From a virus (lineage: Duplodnaviria > Caudoviricetes): 64,000 bases of DNA. The notes below the pieces were generated by a model, which saw only the letters and a program-made list of their open reading frames with translations, did no database searches and was not told the origin of the DNA. The translations under genes were made by a program, and so were the position numbers. This document shows positions 31,677 through 41,945 of this stretch, piece by piece. The stretch lies in IMG/VR virus record IMGVR_UViG_2974597873_000001, positions 48,524 through 112,523 of that record; one strand, written 5' to 3'. How positions within the stretch are numbered: position 1 is the first letter of the stretch; every line of letters begins with the position of its first letter.

Positions 31677-32501
31677 TTACAACCCCCAAGTTCCGCCGTA
31701 GACCGGAGAAGCAACGCCACTCTTGTCCTCGTTGTGTACATCCACCGGAGTAATCTCGCGGCGAGGTAGATCGTAATCGTCGTATTCGCGGGAAACGAAT
31801 ACAGGAACCAGACGGTTGGTTGTGCGAGAAACGCGACGAAGCTTTCCAACCTCAAGACGGTTAAGTCCTACGTTCATCTGAGCACATAGATCGTTATATC
31901 TGTCAGTCAATCCGTCGATCTGCTGACGGAGCTGACGGTATCGCTGGGAGCGGGGAACAGTGGTGCCGTCCGCTGTGGAGATATCAATGTCGGTAGCGGC
32001 ATCCGTAGCCAGAGCCCACAGCGCCTCAATGGACGCTCTCATGGCCACCAGGCTGCCTTCTACGGCTGGAAGGTTGTCCAGTGTTACAGGAGTCTCCAAG
32101 TAACGGATAAAGCCTTCTGTGGAACGATAACGCTCTACAGTCTCGCGGCCTTTCGTGTGCTGAAGAACTGAATCATTGATAAACATTTCAAGTTCTTCAT
32201 CAGAAAAAAGACCTCCGGCCTTTCCGGATACGACAAGCGTGTCTCCTTGAGGCAGAGGTCCAACAGGAGCGAGAAGAAAGATTCTTCCCTCCTGAGCGTC
32301 TAGGCTGTAGTCCGTCTCAGCCACGAGAGGAACAGGAACCAAATCCTTTACCCATGTGGCTGAGACATCCCATACATTGATCTCCGTCAAGTCGAACATA
32401 GCCACCGTACCGGTCCCGAGAAATGTGTCGGAGAAAGGCGCACCCGTATCACCGAGTTCGATTCTCACTCGCTTAAGCACATCTGACATTAGTACGGCCA
32501 T
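31677..32501 (-). CDS. head-tail adaptor
   Basis: VR.ELGD, FSDEEL..F. Confidence 0.65.
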   Translation of the reverse strand: MAVLMSDVLKRVRIELGDTGAPFSDTFLGTGTVAMFDLTEINVWDVSATWVKDLVPVPLVAETDYSLDAQEGRIFLLAPVGPLPQGDTLVVSGKAGGLFSDEELEMFINDSVLQHTKGRETVERYRSTEGFIRYLETPVTLDNLPAVEGSLVAMRASIEALWALATDAATDIDISTADGTTVPRSQRYRQLRQQIDGLTDRYNDLCAQMNVGLNRLEVGKLRRVSRTTNRLVPVFVSREYDDYDLPRREITPVDVHNEDKSGVASPVYGGTWGL

Positions 32502-32510
32502 GATTACCTC

Positions 32511-32990
32511 TTACTGGAGTGTCATAGTCAGAGCACCGGATGGGACAATGATGGACTCGTTCTGTCCTGCGGCTACAGGGTTATCCCATTGCCACGTCAT
32601 AAGAACTTGTCCAACAGTTCCGGAGCTGACATCTACAAGCGCACCATGGGTGGTAGCAGATCCCATACCTGAACTGTCCGTAAATGGTCCAAAGGTAATC
32701 TGAATGTTGTTCTGAATTTGTGACGGACTGTTTACCGCAGTAGAAGGGGCTCCCCAGAATACCTCTTGACGGGTATAACCAGTAGCAGCAACCTCAGCCA
32801 GATCAGCTAGTTGCGGGTCATTGGTAAATCCAGGTGTATCCCCACCAGGCGGAATAGGCAACTGACGTGGGTCAGCCGTAAGCAATGCCAGATAGACATT
32901 AGTAGGTGCAGTCCATCCGGGTGGAGCAGTGCTTCCAGTGAGCCAACTTAGGACGGCTCTGTCTGCTGTATCGGTAAAAGTTCCAGACAT
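32511..32990 (-). CDS. virion structural protein
   Basis: YLAL.TADP, GY.RQ, TH..L.D..SG motifs. Confidence 0.65.
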   Translation of the reverse strand: MSGTFTDTADRAVLSWLTGSTAPPGWTAPTNVYLALLTADPRQLPIPPGGDTPGFTNDPQLADLAEVAATGYTRQEVFWGAPSTAVNSPSQIQNNIQITFGPFTDSSGMGSATTHGALVDVSSGTVGQVLMTWQWDNPVAAGQNESIIVPSGALTMTLQ

Positions 32991-33004
32991 GCTGGTCCCT
33001 CCTA

Positions 33005-33451
33005 TTAGTTTCGTTGAAGTGTTGGCTTGATTGCTAGAACGCTACTGGCGCTGACAGAAGCGGAGAGAACGCGTAGACCAAGAATCTGGTTATTATAACC
33101 GCCTCCGGTGTACATGTGCCCTTCTCCGCGTACTGCTCTCAAAAGGTTTCTGGGACTTCCTTCTCCGCCACTTCCCCATCCTTGCTTAGTGACCAGAAGT
33201 TTCTGATCCCCGAAGAATGAGTAGAACTGGGAAACAGGAATAGTACATCCCACATATCCGAAATAAGGATTCCAGTGGGTGTTGAATCGTACTTTCCAAA
33301 CGTTGGATGAGTAAACGACGTCAGTAACATCAATGGGGTTACCCCAACGTGCTTGGGGCTTCCATGGTCCCGGCCATCCCCCAGGTGCTTGACAGTACCA
33401 AACAGATCCGATGGCAGGTGAATTAGCGGGCTTAGGGGGAATAGGAGGCAC
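33005..33451 (-). CDS. hypothetical protein
   Basis: AAGGAG RBS, GTG start. Confidence 0.55.
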   Translation of the reverse strand: MPPIPPKPANSPAIGSVWYCQAPGGWPGPWKPQARWGNPIDVTDVVYSSNVWKVRFNTHWNPYFGYVGCTIPVSQFYSFFGDQKLLVTKQGWGSGGEGSPRNLLRAVRGEGHMYTGGGYNNQILGLRVLSASVSASSVLAIKPTLQRN

Positions 33452-33461
33452 GGATTACTCC

Positions 33462-33836
33462 TTAACGATAACTACCTTCCCAGAGAAGACCCTTCTCGCG
33501 GAGGTGATCAGCCAACTCAGAAGGCACTGTGTACTTGCGGCCTTCCTCAAAGGTGTAGTGATTTCCTGCGCCAAAGGTCATGGACTCTAGCGTGGTATTG
33601 ACAGTAATGGTACGGGTGGGCTCACGAAGCTCTACTTCCTCAGCCACCTCAAGACCAACGTTCTTAGGGGATGGACCATTGGTGTAGTCGACGGGAGTTG
33701 CATTCTCCTCCGCCTCTACATCAGCCATAAGAGCAATCTCCTTAGCGCGCTCCTTCAATTCAGCAGCGTGCTCCTTCTGAAGCTTCTCGGTTGTGCGTCC
33801 GGTAAGGTCACCAGCGCGGGTACGTGCAGTTGCCAT
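33462..33836 (-). CDS. hypothetical virion-module protein
   Basis: AGGAG RBS; directly downstream of the capsid gene. Confidence 0.7.
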   Translation of the reverse strand: MATARTRAGDLTGRTTEKLQKEHAAELKERAKEIALMADVEAEENATPVDYTNGPSPKNVGLEVAEEVELREPTRTITVNTTLESMTFGAGNHYTFEEGRKYTVPSELADHLREKGLLWEGSYR

Positions 33837-33869
33837 TAGGTTCTCCTGGTTAGTGTCTCATTGGTGTGT

Positions 33870-33913
33870 AAACAAAGGGCCCTCCCCAGTGAGGGGAATC
33901 CACTAGGGAGGGC
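33870..33913 (-). terminator. intrinsic terminator after major capsid gene
   Basis: GCCCTCCCTAGTG/CACTGGGGAGGGC hairpin followed by UUUGUUU. Confidence 0.8.
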
Positions 33914-33932
33914 AGCGTCCAAAACGGACAAA

Positions 33933-34955
33933 TTAGTTGGTAGCAGCCGTTACTACAGAAATGTCAGTAATCAGGCCAAGTCCCCAAATAGCATACCATG
34001 CCAGGGCGTGCTCTCTTCCGAAGTCGAGAATACCACCATCACGCAATTCAACCGGAAGGGAAATAGCGTGACCGAATGCATTGTCACCGATAAAGATTGC
34101 GTCGTAACGATCCGCAGATCCGTTACCGACTCCATTGGTGTCTCCGGTGTAACCGGCACCTGCACCATTAGGTGTACGCTTTACCTGAGTTGTCTCGATA
34201 AACACTACATCGTTCAAACGTCCGATTTCTCCCATCATGAAGTTACCGGGAGCGGCGTACTTAGTCATCTCGATGAACTGAGGGTCATTGCGTAGCCAAC
34301 GGCTTTGGTGAGGGTGTACAAAACAGACATATGTCTCACCAAGACGCGGCACGTTCTTGGTTGCAAGAGTCTCTACCGCGTCGTAAACGGTCTGGGAGGT
34401 CAGGTAGAAGTCACCTGTCAGAGACGCACGAGAAGTACCCGCAGTACCAGGGTTGTAGTAAACCTGGTTGTTCAGGGTGCCAGTGTCCTTCTGGTATCCG
34501 TAGATCTGGCTGGAAGCCTGAAGAAGGGTGTCACGAGCGGACACGTCCAGGTAGGTAGCCATGTTACGTCCCAGAAGACGGGAAGCGGATGCCATTACAT
34601 CATCGAAGGAGGCGTTCAAAAGAAGCTCAGATACAGCAACAGCGTATCCCTGCTCAGCTACGGTGATGCTGAACTGAGAAGCGGTCAGAGGGTTCGTCTG
34701 GAGACGGATACCCTCAACAAGCTGAGTAGCCTGTCCCAGGTTGTTGTATCTCATGAAGTTAATGGTCAAACCGGGCGTAACGCCCAACTCTGTCTTTTTT
34801 ACGGCAAATTGCTCGAAGCGAAGGATCGGCATTGCCTGGAAAAGGATCTCTTTGCTCCACAATGTCTGAATTGCCGGAGATAGGGCAGTACTTCCACCTG
34901 CGTAGGCAGTAGGCGTACCGGAGATATTCGGTGTGCCCGTAATTGCTGAGGCCAT
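33933..34955 (-). CDS. major capsid protein (N4-gp56 family)
   Basis: L.F.QFA, G.TI.F..Y, L.EG, YV...HP, GEIG....V.F.ET, D.GR....AWY. Confidence 0.93.
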   Translation of the reverse strand: MASAITGTPNISGTPTAYAGGSTALSPAIQTLWSKEILFQAMPILRFEQFAVKKTELGVTPGLTINFMRYNNLGQATQLVEGIRLQTNPLTASQFSITVAEQGYAVAVSELLLNASFDDVMASASRLLGRNMATYLDVSARDTLLQASSQIYGYQKDTGTLNNQVYYNPGTAGTSRASLTGDFYLTSQTVYDAVETLATKNVPRLGETYVCFVHPHQSRWLRNDPQFIEMTKYAAPGNFMMGEIGRLNDVVFIETTQVKRTPNGAGAGYTGDTNGVGNGSADRYDAIFIGDNAFGHAISLPVELRDGGILDFGREHALAWYAIWGLGLITDISVVTAATN

Positions 34956-34992
34956 AGTTATTCCTTATTGTCTATGTGAACTGGGCTCGGGC

Positions 34993-35802
34993 TTAACCAA
35001 ATAGCCCACGGTTAGTACGGGCTTCGGCAGAACCAATGCCCGTCTTCTGACGTAGCTTTGCGAATTCCGTCATAGACATGTTCGCAATATCCACATCGGA
35101 TAGTGTCTGAGTCCCCGGATTCATATCCATAGGACCCGTAGTGGCGTAGCCAGTAGGAGACACACCACGCATCTGAGATAGCTGAGCCTGCTGTGCAGCC
35201 TGGAATTGCTGAGCAATAGACTCTGTGGCAGCCTTAGCACGGGCAATACCCGCGTCGATCTGCTCCTTGTTCTCACCCGAAATGAAGTCGTAGAACTGAG
35301 GGGCGATGTCATCCTTAGCCGCATCAATAGCTGCATTACGGTAGGCGACAAGTTCGTTGTACTCGCGCTCCTTGGCAAGTAGAGCCTTCTCAGTGTCACG
35401 CTCCTGCTGAAGCTGATTGAATCGAGCTTCCCAGGTGTCATTGTTCGCGCGCAGCTTCTCTTCCAAAAGATCCTTGGCGGACATCTCAGCCTCACGGGCT
35501 GCCTGTGCCTCAGCATCCTTGGTAGCTTGAGCCTGCTGAGCTGCGGCCAACTCTGCATCCTTGGCTGCCTGAATGGCTGCTAGGGCGTCGTTGGCCTTCT
35601 TCTGCTCCGCCTGTAGGCTCTGAATCTGCGCGTACAGCTTGTTCTTCTCTTCCTTACGAACAGCCTCTAGTTGTTCGGCCGTGAACATAGCGGCTGATTG
35701 TGCTGGAGGGGTGGCCGGTCCGTTATTGTTCTGGTCCCCAATTGCCGGATCAGACGGCGGACCGTTAGGGGTAGGATTCTGACTTGGTACTGGTGTTGAC
35801 AT
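34993..35802 (-). CDS. capsid scaffolding protein
   Basis: coiled coil between portal and capsid genes. Confidence 0.8.
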   Translation of the reverse strand: MSTPVPSQNPTPNGPPSDPAIGDQNNNGPATPPAQSAAMFTAEQLEAVRKEEKNKLYAQIQSLQAEQKKANDALAAIQAAKDAELAAAQQAQATKDAEAQAAREAEMSAKDLLEEKLRANNDTWEARFNQLQQERDTEKALLAKEREYNELVAYRNAAIDAAKDDIAPQFYDFISGENKEQIDAGIARAKAATESIAQQFQAAQQAQLSQMRGVSPTGYATTGPMDMNPGTQTLSDVDIANMSMTEFAKLRQKTGIGSAEARTNRGLFG

Positions 35803-35873
35803 TCTCTTGTCTCCTTGGGTTTAGCGCTTGGTTTTCCGAATTAATATCCCAGATAAGCAATCTGATATGCGTA

Positions 35874-37595
35874 CTAATTGTCGTCATCGGTAGGAATCTG
35901 ACGGGTGCCTAGCTTGGTTCCATAAGCTTGAGCCACAATGTCCTGCATTGCTTGCTGAGCACCGATACCGTCTAGCTGTCTAACATCCCCAGTAAGGGAA
36001 ACAGAGTTAGGTCCACCAGAGGTAGGTAGAGGGTTTCCTTCCGCATCAGTTCCTGGCGGTGGTGGGGGCACCATAGTTCCGTCAGGCTGAGGCAACAGTC
36101 CAGTCAATTCCTGGATAGCTGAATCAATTTGAGCCTGGATCATACGTAGAGCACCGTCGCGCTTTGCGTCTTCAGTAAGCTCATCGAAAATCTCACGAAG
36201 CTTCTCGTCAGGGAATTGTTCTCCCAGATCCTTCAAAGCTCCACGACGACTTTCCAGATTCATAGCCATCATGGCCTGGATCTCATTGAGCTTGATCAGC
36301 TTGTCCACAGGAAGTGGAGAAGGCCAATCAATATCAGTGACATAGGCCAGTGGGTCTGAGGGATTAACGAAGTCGACTTGACCTTGCATTTGAATACCCT
36401 CTGTAAGAGGATTATACAGGGTTGTTGCTGGCTCAAAGATGAACAAAGTTCTTAGAGCCAATTCGTTAATCTTCTTCAGTCCCTTACCATATTGTAGCTG
36501 CTTCAATTCAAACTTTTGCATTAGCGGCTGGAATTGAATGCTTAGCGCTACTCCCGATGTATTCGAGATAGGTTGCGACTGTCCCAGAGCGGACTCAGGA
36601 ACACCTGTCATTTCGTGCATTGCTGTCTTCATCATGTTCAGTACCTCAATGGAGTACTGAAGATCCACGTTGCTCTCAAGGTTCTCCACCTTGACTTCCT
36701 TGTTGCCGATGGACCAGACGCGGTTAGTACCCTTCTCTAGCTGAGAAGGCTTCGCTCCGATGACAACGGTGATAGGTGCGGCGTGGTAATTGACAATGTC
36801 CACAATATCTGTCGCAGTTTCATTGTACTGCCTATTCAACGAAATAATGTCCTGCACATCACTTAGTCCCCAAGGGGAACCAGAAGCTGGTGCATTAGGA
36901 ATGTGGACGATAGGGATCTCACCGAGAACGTTCGGGCGCTCGTCAATCAATTCATCATTGACGTACTCACGGATAATGTCAGAACGGATTAGCTCGGTGT
37001 AGGTATAAACACTACGAGTTCCTTCAGTGTTGGTTCCCCAAAAACGGTACTTAAGTTTGAACTCAAGCAAGCGGTCACGATCGTGAGGATGCCACGTAGG
37101 AAAACAGAATGCCGAATTGAGGGGAAGGATACGAACTCTTCCCTCATGTACTGTCCCAGCGTCATCCGTCCAGGTAGGCTCATAAGCCACCTTGATAAAT
37201 GCGTCGCCGGAAATTCCTCCTTGCTGACCCATCTCCCACAGAACAGTCTTCATGTTGTTGTCGTTCTGCCAGATACGCTTTAGAAGCGCTGGAGTGATGT
37301 GCTCGTATTCACGGGCCACATTGAAGGAGATACCTCTTGAGAAACAGAAGTTGTTGATGTAGTCACTGAATGCACGAATGTAATTGAAGGTAAGTTGAAC
37401 ATCACCGAACTCCTTACGGACGCCCCAGTGATGTCCAAGATACCAAGCCCAATACTCGGCATAGCGATTGAGTCTTGGACCGTGCATTTCGAATTCTTCG
37501 TCAGACAACTCAACTAGACCTAGCGGGCTGATTGCAATCGCTAGGTCTGAAGAAGAAGCTCTCATCGAAGGAGAGTAGAAGTTAATTGCTGACAC
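35874..37595 (-). CDS. portal protein
   Basis: N.LG.IP.VH.PN, G.SD..D.I.L, SG.AL. Confidence 0.92.
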   Translation of the reverse strand: MSAINFYSPSMRASSSDLAIAISPLGLVELSDEEFEMHGPRLNRYAEYWAWYLGHHWGVRKEFGDVQLTFNYIRAFSDYINNFCFSRGISFNVAREYEHITPALLKRIWQNDNNMKTVLWEMGQQGGISGDAFIKVAYEPTWTDDAGTVHEGRVRILPLNSAFCFPTWHPHDRDRLLEFKLKYRFWGTNTEGTRSVYTYTELIRSDIIREYVNDELIDERPNVLGEIPIVHIPNAPASGSPWGLSDVQDIISLNRQYNETATDIVDIVNYHAAPITVVIGAKPSQLEKGTNRVWSIGNKEVKVENLESNVDLQYSIEVLNMMKTAMHEMTGVPESALGQSQPISNTSGVALSIQFQPLMQKFELKQLQYGKGLKKINELALRTLFIFEPATTLYNPLTEGIQMQGQVDFVNPSDPLAYVTDIDWPSPLPVDKLIKLNEIQAMMAMNLESRRGALKDLGEQFPDEKLREIFDELTEDAKRDGALRMIQAQIDSAIQELTGLLPQPDGTMVPPPPPGTDAEGNPLPTSGGPNSVSLTGDVRQLDGIGAQQAMQDIVAQAYGTKLGTRQIPTDDDN

Positions 37596-37624
37596 GAATT
37601 CCCCTAATTAGTTGTACGAAAATA

Positions 37625-38197
37625 TTAGAATTCTGACCATGCGATGGACAGATTCCATAGAGTGTTGGCACTACCACTTTCAGTTCGAATAACTGTGCTC
37701 TCTCCTGGAAGGAGTGTAAGAGTACCCGCCGCTACAGTGGCCGGTACCTGATGAATGAATCCGAAAGTAGACGCACCGGTAGCTTGCAACGTAGGAGAGT
37801 TAAACCATGCGGCGCCTAGTGTAGCCGTCATTCCCTCCGTACGAATTTGTCCTGCTGGATTTGGCATTGTGGATCTAATCTTACCGATAGTATTTGTAGG
37901 TTGTAGAGTTCCGCCTGCAACATTTGTGGCCAACCATCCACGCAAGGCGTCCGTAACGGAGACGGCGCCGATAGTCACCTGACTGATAAAGACACCAGCG
38001 ATAAGGATGGTCTTTCCAGAACCTGTTGGATTAGTCAAGGACAAATGATTATGCGCTGTTACAGATCCCGGATGTTGTTCCATGCTGTAGACATATCCGC
38101 CTGTAAGCATCGGATTGGGAACAGCAAAAGAAGCCGTAGTTGCTTGAGAGTACTGATTAGTACCCAAAGCGTTATAAATAGTTCCTCTATTCGGCAT
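37625..38197 (-). CDS. putative virion protein (beta-rich)
   Basis: NP.GSG, L.PG, W.E terminal motif. Confidence 0.55.
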   Translation of the reverse strand: MPNRGTIYNALGTNQYSQATTASFAVPNPMLTGGYVYSMEQHPGSVTAHNHLSLTNPTGSGKTILIAGVFISQVTIGAVSVTDALRGWLATNVAGGTLQPTNTIGKIRSTMPNPAGQIRTEGMTATLGAAWFNSPTLQATGASTFGFIHQVPATVAAGTLTLLPGESTVIRTESGSANTLWNLSIAWSEF

Positions 38198-38496
38198 TAG
38201 CTACCTACACTTACGGTGTACTCACATGCTGCTGTAGAAATCATGCGAATATCACAATTAGAAGTAACACCTGCGATCACGTCAGGTCTGGGCTTTCCAT
38301 TGGTCAAATAAATGATCCCTTGTGGTGGCAAGTAATGACACTCGTCCCCCGCAACTGTCGGATTGATTCCGTCAGCCCTGATCCACAATGTGGTGGAACC
38401 TCTATTAACAATCTCAATGGAATTGTACCAGGTTGCGAAGGTTACTTGCTTCACAACACTAGCGGTGGTCACTCCGCTAGTTACTTTCTGCGCCAT
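38197..38496 (-). CDS. small beta-sandwich virion protein, paralogue 1
   Basis: I..VNR.....W.R.DG..P.VAGD shared with neighbour. Confidence 0.65.
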   Translation of the reverse strand: MAQKVTSGVTTASVVKQVTFATWYNSIEIVNRGSTTLWIRADGINPTVAGDECHYLPPQGIIYLTNGKPRPDVIAGVTSNCDIRMISTAACEYTVSVGS

Positions 38497-38522
38497 AGCT
38501 TCTCCCTGCTACTGTCTTTGCG

Positions 38523-38825
38523 CTACGTGGCGTATACGGTGTATTCACATACTCCCGCAGAAATCAATGTTACGAGTGTGCCCGAAGTCACACGAACAAC
38601 GGGTTCCTGTGAAAGAACTCCGTTGCCAAAAGTCAGCGATTGCTGAGAGAGGACCGGAAAAGCGTCATCCCCTGCAACAGCCGGGTCATAACCGTCAGTA
38701 CGCGCCCAAAGGACTTCCCCCGTACTACGATTAACTACAGTGATGTTTGCGAAATACTGAGGAAACTTGATAGTGACCGCAGTATTGGCGGTGGTGGTGC
38801 CGGATTTGGCACGTGAAGCGGCCAT
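38523..38825 (-). CDS. small beta-sandwich virion protein, paralogue 2
   Basis: same motif as 38197-38496; C-terminal IS...CEYTV. Confidence 0.65.
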   Translation of the reverse strand: MAASRAKSGTTTANTAVTIKFPQYFANITVVNRSTGEVLWARTDGYDPAVAGDDAFPVLSQQSLTFGNGVLSQEPVVRVTSGTLVTLISAGVCEYTVYAT

Positions 38826-38886
38826 AAGACTTCCTTACATAAGACAACGACGGAGAGGAATAGATCCCCTCCGCCGCTGTTAGTTG

Positions 38887-39261
38887 TTAGTTAACGATTG
38901 TGGCAATACCAGGGTCGTTAACAAGCTGCACGGAGTAGACCAATGCTGCTGCGGAAATCAGCTTTACCTCAGTAGCCAACTGAGTAGGCTCGGTGATTAC
39001 CGTGTAAGTGGAGTCAACCTTCTGTAGACCTTGCTTAGGTACAGGGTTCTTGACCACCAAAGTAGTACCGGAGGTTACTACGTAAGTGTCATCAGCACCC
39101 ACAACAGGAGCCACAGCGGCTCCAGTCTTACCTAGGGTCACGTTGGCCACACCAGCTACTGAAGAGCTGATGGAAATAGCTACATAAGGAGCCCAGTTGG
39201 TCAGAGTCTCAGTGGCTACCGTAGACGCTGTCAGGGTTCCATTACCTGTCTTAACTGCCAT
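38887..39261 (-). CDS. small beta-sandwich virion protein, paralogue 3
   Basis: P.VGADD, LIS.....YSV. Confidence 0.6.
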   Translation of the reverse strand: MAVKTGNGTLTASTVATETLTNWAPYVAISISSSVAGVANVTLGKTGAAVAPVVGADDTYVVTSGTTLVVKNPVPKQGLQKVDSTYTVITEPTQLATEVKLISAAALVYSVQLVNDPGIATIVN

Positions 39262-39293
39262 TATTTACTTCCGATTCAATTGAAGGGATTACT

Positions 39294-39506
39294 CTAAGAG
39301 TGTCTTGCGATGGCGGCGTTAGTCTGGAACACCACATCGTCTAGTAGCGCACCGATTGCCAAAGACTTCTCTCTGCTGTCAGGTGCTACTTCATTAATCC
39401 ACAGAGCGTATTCCAAAGCGCGCTTACGGTTCTCTTCGTAGAGTTCCGGCTGCCCCGGCTTAACCGGATGGAATGTGCCTCTGTTCTTAATGTCTTGGAT
39501 ATCCAT
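39294..39506 (-). CDS. Acb2/Tad1-like helical hairpin protein (candidate immune-signal sponge)
   Basis: FHP..Q..Y...R...PDSREKSLA....F..NAAIAR pattern. Confidence 0.55.
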   Translation of the reverse strand: MDIQDIKNRGTFHPVKPGQPELYEENRKRALEYALWINEVAPDSREKSLAIGALLDDVVFQTNAAIARHS

Positions 39507-39522
39507 TGCTCCCCTTCAGTGA

Positions 39523-39957
39523 TTAGTCAGTAACGACGGTTGGGTTCTGACGTCTGTGAATGCTACCCAGACCTGGACCACGATTCACTTGCTCAAAACG
39601 GCGAGCGGAATTCGCGTTGACGTCCACACCCTGAGAGAACTCAGAGATGTGTGTAGGAGCATCCACCCATGCAGCAGAGCCCACGTGAGCACGCTGACGA
39701 AGAGTCTCCTCCGGGTACTTGTGCCATACGTTGGCGTTGTGGTTAGGGCGTCCTGGAGCCGTCTGGTAGCCGCTCATAGCACCTGTGACGAAGTCACTAG
39801 GCACGTCAGTGTCAGTAGCGATTCCCTCCTCAAAGCGAAGAGGCCCACGGCGAGAAGGGTTGGATGCGCCCTTGTTCTCGTAGGTAGGCAGGAACTTCTC
39901 TGGAACCTGCGGAGCCGGAGCTAGATCTCTGTCCGGACCTGGAGTGTAAAATGCCAT
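39523..39957 (-). CDS. hypothetical protein
   Basis: AAAGGA RBS; RGPLRFEEG..TDTDVP. Confidence 0.7.
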   Translation of the reverse strand: MAFYTPGPDRDLAPAPQVPEKFLPTYENKGASNPSRRGPLRFEEGIATDTDVPSDFVTGAMSGYQTAPGRPNHNANVWHKYPEETLRQRAHVGSAAWVDAPTHISEFSQGVDVNANSARRFEQVNRGPGLGSIHRRQNPTVVTD

Positions 39958-40003
39958 AATGTTTTCCTTTTGATTAGACCGGTCTAGGATAATGATATCC
40001 GAA

Positions 40004-41578
40004 TTAGCGTCTACGATCGTAGAACGGATTCGATGAGTTCTCCATTGACTCGGTTACACTTTCCGAAATTACACTAAGCGCAATAGCCAAGGAGTCCGCA
40101 TAGTCATCGTGCGCGTTGGTTTCCTTTGGTGCTTCTGCGATCATGTAGGGTCCTTCGAACTTCACCTGTAGGTCAGACATCTGCTGAATGAACTTACGGT
40201 AAGTACGAAGCTGTCTGGACTTTGCGTGCGCAGGCCAACCGATCTTTCCACGGTCGAGCATTTCACGCAGATACTTCCAGCGATCCGACTGCGCCGGTCT
40301 TTGAGACGACACGTCGATGATTTCAATATGAGGCAACATGACACGAAGACGGGAAATGAAGATGTCTCCCATTCCCGCAGCGTCTACGCCAATAGCCCAC
40401 ACATTGTACTTGGACACGAATTCTACGATTCTATGATACTGCGTTTCCCAGTCCATACCTTGCAGGTCGAGCCAATTCAAGATTCGACAATTGTAATACC
40501 CAAATTCATCAGGTCTATTCCAATCCACGAATACAGCAGTGACAACGGTACTGTCCACCTTACGAGCGGGGTCGATACCAATGATGATCGGAGTCTCGTA
40601 GAAAGCCTTAACAGTTTCCATGGACTTGTCGCCCAACTCGTTAAGACGAGATTCCGTGGTGAACATTCCCTGTTCCAGCAACCACATAAGACGATAAGAA
40701 AGCTTGAACTCGTCAGACTCGAATCCCATCTTCAGCATGTCTCGCGCGACAGCCTTTTCGTAGTTCTTGTTCCATCTACCGACTTCCTTATAGTCAGCCT
40801 GGTAGTGGTTCGTACGAGCACCACGTCTTGTGGCCTGTCGCTTGTTCTGCTGGATGTCTCGATAGAACACACCCTTCTCGTAAGAAGGCGTTCCGGTCAT
40901 GACGAAAGTACCGTTAGTAGAAGCGAGCATAGGGGAGATCGACTTGTCGACTACCTTCTGGTCAGCTACCTGCGACTCGTCAAGGAGACAGATGTGGTAG
41001 GTCTTACCCTCAATGTTGGCGCGCGGGTGAGCAGTCTGACGACGAACCAGAGACCCACACTTACTCAGCTTGATCTCCGATCCACGGCCAATGATCTTCT
41101 CGTCAATGGCAGGGTCCAGAAGGATCTGCTGCGCACGCTCAGACGTCAACACAGAGACAATACGGGAGAACAGAGTCTTGGCCATGTCATCAACAGGGGC
41201 GAAAGCTCCTACCCATACCCCTTCCTTGTAATCGTCCAGCCATTCCTTGAATGGTTCGACCTTCGCCAAGCGGGGTAGCATAATCATCAACGTAGCCACA
41301 GTATTGGCTACTGTCTCCGTCTTTCCACTCTGACGGGAGAATAGCGCTGTTACTGTCGCTCCGTCCTTGATAATCATGGATTCCATAATACGTGCAGCAA
41401 AGGGACGCTGATATGGGTGAAGAGGGTGTCCAGACAATTCGTCTGCGAATTTCAATAGCCGCTCTACCAGAGCATCCACGAATTCCTGGGAATTGGGGTC
41501 CAGTTCTACCCTGGACATCTCAGAGGCTTTAAGCTCTTCCGGGCTTAGCTCCTCCTCATAGTCAAGCTCTGTAGTCAT
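40004..41578 (-). CDS. terL: terminase large subunit
   Basis: L.PYQ, SRQSGKTE, DESQ, GTP, GID.AR..D, HDDY.DS. Confidence 0.95.
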   Translation of the reverse strand: MTTELDYEEELSPEELKASEMSRVELDPNSQEFVDALVERLLKFADELSGHPLHPYQRPFAARIMESMIIKDGATVTALFSRQSGKTETVANTVATLMIMLPRLAKVEPFKEWLDDYKEGVWVGAFAPVDDMAKTLFSRIVSVLTSERAQQILLDPAIDEKIIGRGSEIKLSKCGSLVRRQTAHPRANIEGKTYHICLLDESQVADQKVVDKSISPMLASTNGTFVMTGTPSYEKGVFYRDIQQNKRQATRRGARTNHYQADYKEVGRWNKNYEKAVARDMLKMGFESDEFKLSYRLMWLLEQGMFTTESRLNELGDKSMETVKAFYETPIIIGIDPARKVDSTVVTAVFVDWNRPDEFGYYNCRILNWLDLQGMDWETQYHRIVEFVSKYNVWAIGVDAAGMGDIFISRLRVMLPHIEIIDVSSQRPAQSDRWKYLREMLDRGKIGWPAHAKSRQLRTYRKFIQQMSDLQVKFEGPYMIAEAPKETNAHDDYADSLAIALSVISESVTESMENSSNPFYDRRR

Positions 41579-41636
41579 GTAATTCTCCGGGTTAGTTACT
41601 CATATAGGAAAGTTCTCCTACCATTCTACCGGAGAG

Positions 41637-41665
41637 TTGACATTTAGCGTGTGACGGGGTACTGT
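41637..41665 (+). promoter_or_regulatory. promoter TTGACA-N17-TACTGT
   Basis: sequence match upstream of a plus-strand gene. Confidence 0.75.
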
Positions 41666-41687
41666 CTTGAACGAAAGGAGTTGCATC

Positions 41688-41945
41688 ATGTACGAAGACG
41701 ACATTAACGAAATGGCCAACAGCGTACAGAATCCGGATGCAATGCACGACTTCCTTTCCACAGGAGCCGCCGTACTGATCGGCGCATACATCGGACACAA
41801 GATTGACCAGAGCCGCTTCGGACGCAGGGTAAACGAAAGCCCCACTTTCCAAGCGATCTTCTGGATTTTCAAAATCCTGATGATCCTGTTGGGAGTGGGG
41901 CTTGCGTTGTTCTTCGTATTCTTCTGTCTGCTACCGCAGTTTTAG
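41688..41945 (+). CDS. small two-TM membrane protein
   Basis: own promoter, GAAAGGAG RBS, ATG at 41688. Confidence 0.75.
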   Translation: MYEDDINEMANSVQNPDAMHDFLSTGAAVLIGAYIGHKIDQSRFGRRVNESPTFQAIFWIFKILMILLGVGLALFFVFFCLLPQF

